Shown here piece after piece: positions 53,871-64,000 of a stretch of DNA of 64,000 nt; positions within the stretch are counted from its first letter, which is position 1; every line of letters starts with the position of its first letter. A model generated the notes under the pieces. It searched no databases. It saw nothing but the letters and a program-made list of their open reading frames with translations, and was not told where the DNA came from. This DNA is from Lingula anatina (taxonomy: Eukaryota; Animalia; Brachiopoda): positions 59,312,788 through 59,376,787 of the forward strand of contig CM120640.1 of assembly GCA_051362555.1 (NCBI GenBank), given 5' to 3'. The position numbers and the translations under genes are program-made.

Positions 53871-55226
53871 TACAATTGTATTTTCCCCTTATGGATTACT
53901 ATATTGTAACACTGACTACATGAACGGTTAATCTATTTTAACGCTCATCAATATCTGAAACAAAGAGTGAAGTGCAACTCTTGATGTGAAAATTGCAGCA
54001 GTAATGCGTGTACAAGCAAAACTGAATGAATTTTACCACAATTTTCTTCTTAAAATGGACTGTTATGATTACAGATTAAAAAATACTAGGGACGTGTCAA
54101 GAGGAATAACCTGGAGTCAGTATTCGGCACATACCCCTGTATAAGTCGAGCACAGCCTTACCGCCTGCAGATATGAGATGGAAACAATTTAATAGAACCA
54201 GAAACCAGTCAAGTTCCCGTTGCACCTCTTTTATCTTTTAAGCGTGAAAAGCAAACGCTATTGTGGTAGTTGTGAAAATTGGTGCCATGTGCGTTGCGAC
54301 CCGTGCTCCAAATACAGTAAGATAAAGCTTAAAAAGATTAACTCTGCAGCATCGTGCAATGCCACACTCAGTCCAGTACATTGAGAGCATCCGTGCAATG
54401 AAACTAGACCAAAATATAAACGCACGAAGAAAAATGGATTTAATTTTATCTAATGAATGGCCGGTTTCCCTGAAGCAAATCATCAGGCGGCCAATGGTGG
54501 AATAATGCACAACCCAGCATTGAGCATGTAAATGTCACGCATCCTTCTGATTTGTGTTGTCTGTGTTATGTTGTTAGGGGACAAAGTCCATATTTTGGTG
54601 TGGCCTTTTATTGACTGCACACTAGCGAATATCTGTGAAGTGCTGTCACATTTGACTAACGCATATCATACCCTACTAGTCCCCTCGGCGGAAACACTCA
54701 ACCCGGGGACATGGGCCAAAATAAAACTGATCTTGTTGGTTTGAGCAAATTAAACAATTCAATACACAAATGACACATAAATCTGAGCACATTTCACATT
54801 TCTTATAAGTATATTTTAACTCACCAGTTTGTGATTGTACGTTTATATTTTGGTTCAGTAAACATTAGGACCAGTCAAACTGGTGCGGTGTAGTGAAGTA
54901 TTTGCCACATATAAAGAAACGCAAGTTAATATACTATTTCGAACTGTCCTGTACATGTCCTACATAAAATTATACATGATATCATACTCAATAAGTATAT
55001 AAAGCAGGTGGACGTGATGTCGCTCAGGAGTCCTTGTGTAATATCGGTATCCTTGAGCAACACTTGTGTAAAGCAATTGACTCTGCAATTTGAAGTAGTT
55101 AAGATATGTACATAACTAGGGAGCATTGGAGAGTCAAGAGGCTGGGAGTGAGTTCCGAGAGAAGGAGGGGTTGGAGAGTTCATGTACAGGTGCAACATGT
55201 AGTTACCGAGCGTTAGCGAATGAATC

Positions 55227-55230
<4 letters not shown>

Positions 55231-55301
<71 letters not shown>
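55231..55301. repeat. (TA)n microsatellite
   Basis: Directly visible. Confidence 0.98.
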
Positions 55302-55304
<3 letters not shown>

Positions 55305-55481
55305 CGACCATTATGTGCACTTCGGTTTTCTTTGTGCCACCTTGCAAAAGTCTGACAATGATTTGATTGCATTTCGTGCGTTATATCTAAGTCACGAAGA
55401 CAACGTCTACTTACGGGTTTTAAGTCAACATAACAAGCATGAACCAAACTCTTTCATGATATATATACACCATGTTAAACA

Positions 55482-55575
55482 CCTGATAGTCTTGCGGTCA
55501 GAGTGTCCGCCTCCGGAGACCATACCAGTCCTTCAGAAACGGCACCTGCTGTTTCTCCACTTGGCACTCAGCAGG
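55482..55575 (+). mobile_element. tRNA-derived SINE remnant with Meta/MESC-like central domain
   Basis: A-box-like TAGTCTTGCGGTCAGAGTGTCCGCC followed by CATACCAGTCCTTCAGAAACGGCACCTGCTGTTTCTCCACTTGGCACTCAGCA; B box appears deleted. Family call from memory of the consensus. Confidence 0.5.
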
Positions 55576-56160
55576 GTTTGAAACAGGGGTAAAATTGTAG
55601 TTCGATCATAATTCTAGTTAACTATAATTATAAAATATAAAACCGCCAGACTTGACATTTCTTGTTTTCTTTCGGCAATATATAAGAATTAACGGGACTA
55701 CCCATTGTTTCGCCTTCACACGACGGGTTAAAATAAAAGCATGGGCAATGTTTCCAGTGTCACGTTCTATATAGCTTTGCGGTGCGGTGTCACCCTGTAA
55801 CACAATGTTGTTCCATAATTCACTTCTTGCCAATGGAAGTATTATTTGCATTTCAGAATGCCTCTGTATGTGTCCTGTTTAATATTACCATATAAGAACA
55901 CTAATTGACTTGATATACCTTCGTCACACGCCGGCGTCCTTGCATTTAACCATCAAACAGTAGGTCTGCTGGCCTCGCCGTTTTGGATGGCTCCATAACA
56001 GTGTTTTTGCCAAAATTGCAAGAAGAAAACTTGTAATTGGCGTCGGATGGCAAATGAAAGGAAGCAATCAGGTTGTGTTGTGTATGAGACAGATTACCAG
56101 GAATGCAGAACAGCAGCAAGTCAAGCATCCAGGCAGGTAGAAGAAATTACTGATAGCTAA

Positions 56161-56389
56161 AGCCCCCTTTACACTGGACGTCGTCCTTTCTGCGCCCCGT
56201 TGTACGGCCCTTTTTGGGAGTAAAAAAAAAACAAACAATAAAACTTAACGTGCCGACAACTGGCCGACCACTCAGTTTTCATTTTGCAACAACAGCGATG
56301 CTTGTGCCTCCTTTTTACGACCACAACGATGCCAGTTTCATGGTCGCACAAAGGACGCAGAAAGGACGCCGTCCAGTGTAAAGGGGATT
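56161..56389. mobile_element. PIF/Harbinger-type MITE (229 bp)
   Basis: ~33-bp TIR CCCCTTTACACTGGACG(T/G)CGTCCTTTCTGCG with TAA target duplication at 56158-56160 and 56390-56392. Confidence 0.88.
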
Positions 56390-57335
56390 TAAATGATTGG
56401 GACAGAGATCATTTTGATCGACATCTATTGATAAATAGAAGAGCGACAAAAATGAGGTCAAACTATATAATCAGGATCACATCAAGCGGAGAAGACAACT
56501 TGGAAAGATTCATTCAAAGGATACAACCACATATGAGTGCCATTGCTGGACAAAACATCATCTTAGTTCTATGCAGCCATCCAGAGATCACGTGTTGTGC
56601 AATGTGTGCTACAACAGAATGCTACATGTATATGTTATATGATAGAGATATTCAAGTAGGCAACCAAAAAAAAAAACTCTTTGTTATATGCATTTCCTTA
56701 ATATGGTTACCCAACTTTAATAAAACTATTTATGAAATAAAAAAAAAAATCACATCCCCACTTACATGCCAACTATTGATATACTGTAAGTTCACGGTGC
56801 TTGCAACGTGTCTGTATGTACTTCCGTGAGTGTGTTTCGGGTGGGAAGGGTAGGGGTGGGTCTGTGACGTAGATGTCTAAAAGTGGGAATGCAAGTGACT
56901 GAAATTGATTTCAGTAAATGTCACGTCGTGTACTAGTACTATTAAACTTGGCTCTCTTCCAACCAGGGAAGATAATGATCTTTTTCAAGAAAAGGGATAT
57001 GAACTATAATTATATGGACAATCGTTTTGTGTCGTGCCGGTTTTGTTATTCTTTTGAAAAGTCATATTGGAAGTTTAGTGTAGCTTTCATATCCAGGCTT
57101 GTTTTACCAGTTAGAGTCATGCTTTACATGTGTCACATTGTTGAACTGCGCATTACAGGTATTCCGACCAACCTTTGATTCATACGTCTCGGCAATGAAC
57201 CGTAGTCATTTTCCAAAGGTTGTTTGAGATTAGGATAACATAATAAAACAATGCAGTCTGTTCAATTATTCAGTGAATTTTTGTTTCCTACACCCATAAT
57301 TTCTCTATCTTAGTTCACTGCAACAAATCTATTTT

Positions 57336-57338
<3 letters not shown>

Positions 57339-57381
<43 letters not shown>
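57339..57381. repeat. poly(T) tract
   Basis: Directly visible. Confidence 0.98.
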
Positions 57382-57382
<1 letters not shown>

Positions 57383-57633
57383 TGAAAGCTAACTTTATAA
57401 CATGTAGAACCCAATAGTAACCAACAAAAGGACTGGAAGGGACTAAAACGTGGACTAAAAAATAAAACATACCCGTATGTTTTCTTCAGCAAGTTCTTCG
57501 GTTTGGTGCTTGATCGTCCGTGATGTAAACGTGGTAGGCCTATATAATGTACTGTTTATGGAATGGGAACTTTGAAGGTAAGACGAAAGAAAGAAGCGTG
57601 TTCTGCAGTTTTAAAGCCATAGAAGTACTAGGA

Positions 57634-57635
<2 letters not shown>

Positions 57636-57691
<56 letters not shown>
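57636..57691. repeat. (AT)n microsatellite
   Basis: Directly visible. Confidence 0.98.
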
Positions 57692-57693
<2 letters not shown>

Positions 57694-60600
57694 AAAAGGC
57701 AAAAATAAAACCATTCTTACCAAATACAAAGTATTTATTAAATATGATCATACCTTTTCCCTATATTTTATTAACCCTCCCTCTCCCCTCAATATCCAAG
57801 AAAGCTTAGTAGCAGGGGATCCTTACGTAATTGAATCTATTTTAAGTACAATATTCTCGTATAAAGAAGATTGCTTAGATTATATTAGGTTTCTGCCGAT
57901 GGAAGAAACGCATTTAATTTATACAAATGGAACCAGTGCCAGCATGCAAAGATTCAGTAACGCAGCCATAAAACACCTCATGCATGGTTAGCATTTGCTA
58001 CATGTATATGGTTTTTGTCCATGCATGCGTGCTGATTATTTGTTTTATAACTCAAAACACGCAAAGGGAACTAATATATTACACCTGTACATGTATATTA
58101 AAAAGCATTGTCTTTAGTTTTTTAATGTCACCAGTACGGATCTACAAATAGGCAGGTATCTACATCAGGTAATGTCTTGTCATGTTGTACTTTGTTTAAA
58201 GGTTTATAAAGGTTGATGGTATTTGCATGCAGTTGTAGGTTTGACACGATGCGGTTTAAAAGTTGAATCCTTCTTCTTTACTTGCACACTAGCCTGAACT
58301 GGTGAAAATGTACAGAGATAAATAATGATGATGCCTAGATTATAAGCCAGATACAAATGTAAATATATACAAATTATCCAGTTTTTTGTATTTAAAGTAG
58401 ACATTAACAGTGAAAGTAAATGTCTATGCACGGTATTGGGTGAAGGATGCAGCACAGACTCCCATCTCAAAAGATGCATGTAGCCAAAGCTAATTGCTCT
58501 GCTTTTCTTAAGCTGTTCATTAAAAATTTGAATCGGTCACTGTTCTACAGATAAATACATAAATTTGTATTTAAAACAAGAGTTTCTATTTGTGTCATTT
58601 GAAAGAGTTTCTTTTTGTATGTCGTGTATAATGGGCAACTAATTAGTGCTTCATCCTCATCCACGCGGTGTGGCCATTTTCACATTTTGTTTATATGCTC
58701 ATGGAAACTAATTTAGGTACGAAATATTTATACCACAAACAAAATATGAAAATCAATGTTATAAATATTGCCAAAACCAATTCAGGGTGGACTTGTTTCT
58801 TTGAAAAAAAAAAAAAAAAAAACTCCGGGAGGCGTGTGAGGCGTGTGAGAGGCGGAGAGACCATTACAGGATTAAGAGGGCTTCCTTTCATGATGTGCGC
58901 CATATTTAAGCCGTGGACCAGATACCGGAAGCACTCAGATCATCTCTCTGAATGGGACCATATAGTAATTAACCTTCTTCGAAGTCACCCAAGGTGAAAA
59001 AATAGACGATGCGGTATTCGGACTAACCTTCTAGAATATAATGTTTCAAGGTGCTGTAAACTTGAGGGTGGTTGGGATAACGATTTATGTATTTTCCTTA
59101 ATATTGAGAAAAGTTCTAAAGATTTTAAAATTAGTTAGTTAGAGTACTAAAAGATACAAAATAATTAGGCGGTCGGTGTTAATTACAGGGAATAAATTGG
59201 ATAATTATGTCGCCCATAACACCCATCAGTCCCGAAATAAAATGAAATATAAAATAAACCATGAAACTCTCACCTGGCACAATCAATTGTTGATGTCGTT
59301 CATTCAAAAGTTTATTTTTTAATTTCTTTTAACATTTACCTGAATGTGTTATTTGCAACATGACTGAGAAAATTGAAGTTTTGATTAAATGAAATCCTAG
59401 CCCCAGGAAATGATCTGTATCTGAAAGGCTATTTTTACACTCAAATACTAGATTGCCTCTCTACAGATTTAGTCTGTTTCAGCGATTGCTACATTTTGGA
59501 ATGTACAAAACAGGTACAATGTAGATACAGATGTACACGTACTAAGACAATGGTTCAGTAATACTAGATTATACCTATCGTAGTTAATCTCAAAGCCTGA
59601 ACTTGAATAAAATGTTTTAAAATGCTCTTTTCTATGTGGTATTTGATAAAGTTTAAAGCAAAAGCATGTCGTAAATAGAAAATCGTTCAGACTGCATGCG
59701 CTGCATGTGGTAGTTTGATTGTTTTAGCACCGGGGGAATTGTAGCAGTTGTTGTTTACTCGCGTTTTTACTAAATGTGAATTTTATTTTTTATAATCATC
59801 ATATGTTAAACCTGCCAACTTGATCACAACAGAGTCTAAATTCAATTGTAGATGCGCTTTATTGTACACTTGTAGTGCCTCTCTCTCACCTCAGCTTTAA
59901 GATTTGGAATAACAATCCATCAACTCAAAATTTCATAAAACGCTCTTCTATAACATGTGATTTGATTTTTTTGCAAAGAAATCGATTGATCAGACTGTTT
60001 AGAACGGAATGTATAGAACGAACACGGGACCAATTGTTCTATACATTCCGTAGTGTAAAAAGCTTGCTTGTTCCCTATCCGGGCATCATGTTTCCTCTTT
60101 GAAAGAGACATAGAGAGGAGTGTAGATTGTATTCAGTTTTCATTCCCTACAGAATATAATTTGGATCTAAAAACCACGATATGTAGACAACTTTGATGCG
60201 GGAAAGAATAGTCGAAGTTGTGGTCTGGTATCTGGCTCCTCATTGGCATCTTCGGAAAATTATGACTTGCTAGTGCCACGTCTTACCGTGACAAAAAGTC
60301 ATTTTTTATAATTGTGACGGGATAATAAGTAGTACGGACCGCAGAGACCGGGTTAAACAGAGGGATCTGAGGACGGTAATCAAGCAGACGGTCGATCGCT
60401 AGCAAATAGAGGGTTTGGGGACTTTAAACTTTCATGCAAGGTATATCTATATTGTGATCTGTTTTGTTGTGCTTGAAAGTAAGGTCGTGACAAACTGACG
60501 CCCAAATAGGAAATTAAGCAACAAAGGAAACCCAAGTAGTGATTTCCAGGAATCATGGAAATATGCTCAAAGTTAAGGTTTTTGTTATTTAACGAGGTGA

Positions 60601-62109
60601 AATAATTTATCTGTACGGTATCCTGAAAGTAATATACAAATACTGTGTATCTCATCAATGATTTTGGCTGACACGTCACATTTTTGTTGAAAAAATAGCT
60701 GCACTGTCTGTTGTTTGACATGCATGTTATGCTCCTCCTCCAGCTAAATTTGAAAAAAGAACAAATAGTTAACGAAAGACCGCCGGTGTAGGCCTACCTT
60801 GATCTCTGTCAGATGGCCTAAACTTCCTATACTAGCCTATTTATCCATCCATTCATAATTGCCACTTATGCATTGCCCATTCTCTTCTTGCATGTATTAT
60901 TGGTTCAAAAGAGCAGGTGCGTTTTTATATAACGGGTATTCAACGTAATACCTGTGCCTATTTTGTATATTATAGATTATGAACAATTATAATTGTTAAT
61001 GGTATGATTATGTGACTTTTCCATTGTCTCTTCTCATCTTACAGTTATCAAAAAATGTCTGGATATCCCGCCAAGCTACTTAGCTTCCCAATCAGGTTTT
61101 TTTTTAAAAACTCCTCACATAAAAGTACCTGTAGATGCTGTTGTTACTTTTGATATGTCAGGAAGACTATGTCGGCATCAATGTTTTGTCAGACAGAACT
61201 TACATATTTGGGAGAAGCTGGTCGAACATAATTCGTGAGTAGGAGGTAATAGCTTTGACATAAACATCGGTAACTTTGAATCTCACTGTAAATCAACTTC
61301 CTCAAGGAGCTTTTTCTTGATGAAAGAAAATAATTGGGTTTTGATGACATCTATTCCACACGCGAACAAATTGCATATCAGCTCCATACATATTAAAATC
61401 GTTTTACCTATACATCACGAATATGCTATTGCCAATTTAAAATTATTATTCGATAGACTCGTAGCTAAAAAAATCGATAAAATTTCTCTACTAAAGTGTG
61501 CTTTTCAAAATATTTCCGTGCATTGGTGTGATAGTTGTACAGGAAATCTGAGCCAATTTTTGGGCCAATCTGGAAACAAATTGCAACATTTTTTTTTATC
61601 ACAGTGCTTTTCTGTGAAGCCCCTAAAATAACATACTAATAAAAGTCCTAAGGAATCCTAGCATGGGGAATTTGAACAAATCAAGATGACCGCCAAAGCC
61701 ATAGGAATATAGCCCTAACGGTGTGGACATCAACACCTACCAGGAAGATATATGAGCATTTTCAAGTTAAATCTAGTTTGTTTCTCAGTGTTTACCATAT
61801 CTTCAATACCCCTTCAATATGTATATGATGAATAAAAATTGTGTATCCTTCGACTTTTGAGCAAATCCAAGATGGATGATATTTTGCACAGAAATGTACG
61901 GCTTTCAACTACGTAAATGTCTTGTATATATATTATTGTTCATTGTCAAATCATCAAATCATTTATACATATAAAGAGTGTAATTCAGCTAATTCCCCTG
62001 TTACTCAGGATATATCGAAGAATATATTAGAAAACGGTAATTTGGACAATGGGGTAGCCCTTCATTATGTTTAAAATCTTAATTATTTGGAAGCTAGATA
62101 ATTAGAAGA

Positions 62110-63240
62110 GCCTATCACAGAGGCATTACAAGCACTTTCTAATATAATCAAATTAACCTAAGGTAACTGACGGCTTTTCAGTCGAATTTAATAATTTTTT
62201 GTAGACAATTAGATTCTTTTGTTGTCAGGTCAATAAATTTTGCTATATTGCTTACGAATCTGGACATTTATCAGTTGCGCAAAAAAGGTATAATTGCTTC
62301 CCTTCCGATAGGGAATAAACCACGCCACTTTCTTAAAAACTCCTTATATAGCTGCTAGAATACATTTTGTATTAGATACATTAATATACATTAATATATC
62401 CGGACCAAACCGGATTCATGTCGGGTTACACTGGAGGAGACGCTCGATTTATTTACAACGAAAATGCAGTATTATGAAGAAGAAAATTTTCGTGGGTAAC
62501 TGTCACTAACCGACTTTGATAAAGCATTCGATTCCTTGTCTTGATAGTTTATTCAAAAGGTTTCAAAATTTTAACTAGGATGATTTAGTTAGAAGATGGC
62601 TATCATAATTCTACAATAATATTTCTGCTTCAGTAAATCAAGGGGATATGTCAAAATTCTTTAAAATTCACAGGGGATGACCCCAGGGGGCCCTCTTCCT
62701 CGATCCTTATCTCTTTATTCTATGCACCGAAATACTTGTGGCACTCACACGAAATGATGATAGTATAAAGGGTATTTACACAGGTGCAAAATAACTTAAA
62801 ATGTCCCATTATGCACATGATACTATAGAAGTGAGCAGTCTCTAGATGAATGCATGGGTACATGTATGTATGTTTGTCTTATATAAAAACTCGAAATTCT
62901 CCGGCCTGCATATTGATCTTTCTAATACTGAAGTATATACGGATTTGGTCAAAACGTTACTCTAAATATATGTTCTTTTCACAATATCAATTAAAATGAG
63001 GGGGGGGAGGGGGAAGGTAAGATGACAAAACCAAATATGGAGGCAAAATTAACCTCCATGATCAGGATATCAGTGGAAAGTAAGAAATGTCACACTTCTT
63101 GGCAAAATAACAGTGATATAAACATTTTCTTGCCGATATTAAATCATGTAAGTTAAAAAAAAACAGAGGAAAAAGAGATCAATATAATTTGAAAATGTTT
63201 TTTTTCGGAATGATAAGCCTGGCAATATTAAAAGAAGCTT
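62110..63240 (+). mobile_element. Decayed L1/Tx1-clade LINE reverse transcriptase
   Basis: TDGFSVEF, DQTGFMSG (62403), TDFDKAFDS, RG*PQG, PYLFILCTEIL, KMSHYAHDT (cf. SQYADDT), GKITVI and NDKPGNIKR in correct order; multiple stops and frameshifts. Confidence 0.88.
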
Positions 63241-64000
63241 TGGTGTCATATATTTTCAATAACGCTCACGACCAAGTGGGTTCGATTCCCACTCAGTTCC
63301 CTTTTTTCTGTATTTTTTAAAATTACTATTATCATATCGTTCCAGAACATTTTTGTTAAAGTCTCAAAATCTTAGACTCAGGGCAAGTGTGGAAATAAGA
63401 CTTTCACACAGAATATAGTATATAAAGAGATTCTATAAATCGTATATACTAATATCTTATCATTGTTAAATGGTTGATGTGATGGGTATCAGCTAGGAAG
63501 AGAGTTTAAAGCTGGGGCATAAAATGGTAAGTGTGAGGCAATTATAAAACCGTCGAAAATTCCATGGGTGAAGAGACATGTTTAAAATAAAGAAGTGGGA
63601 AAATATATTATAACTAAATGTGTACATACTAAGAAACTAGTCATATGGTACAGAATATATTAAAAAAAAACTTAATAACGTAAAAATATATTCTTGGTAG
63701 AAGCTTTAAGAGCGTGGCGAAAAATACTTGGTAAATAGATAAGTCACTTTTTTCAACCTGGATATTTAGCGTACGAATAATTAACATTAACTGAAAGGGC
63801 ATTAACATGCCACATTTGCTCTTAGGTGAGAGAGTGTGACTGAGTGTTATTTTTGCAGTTTTTTGTTTTATCCTGCATTTGTGATGTATTGTGTCAATCA
63901 AAAAGTATTTAATGACCAACTTCAGCAGCTTTGCGTGAACGTAAGTGAGGCATAGTGACGTCCGTCTTTATTGGCAAAGAACTTGTGAAATCTAAACACC

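Noticed and set aside
63276-63295. tRNA B-box-like GGTTCGATTCCC hairpin
   Set aside because: No A box or cloverleaf; at most a SINE scrap, not a tRNA gene.
17776-64000. Many 60-181 aa ORFs in the six-frame track (e.g. 56284-56829, 55126-55581, 49079-49462)
   Set aside because: No recognisable domains; they run through microsatellites, MITEs or AT-rich sequence, and many begin at non-ATG codons.

Overview
AT-rich animal genomic DNA, probably a marine invertebrate judging by repeat types (inference). It holds one protein-coding gene on the minus strand: an aminergic class A GPCR most similar to alpha-1 adrenergic receptors. The CDS is join(17501..16451, 2688..2114), 541 aa, split by one 13.8-kb phase-1 intron at the end of TM6. 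The ~46 kb upstream has no credible host CDS and is probably 5'UTR intron and/or intergenic. It carries decayed LINEs (Rex/L2-like, L2, L1/Tx1), two related Tc1 elements, several MITEs, a SINE remnant and microsatellites. I found no prokaryotic-type system and no clearly new multi-gene system. The best leads are splice and translation features of the receptor (duplicated acceptor, AG|GT sites, uORFs) and strong enrichment of the palindromes TACATGTA and TAGGCCTA. Family assignments come from remembered motifs, not database searches.
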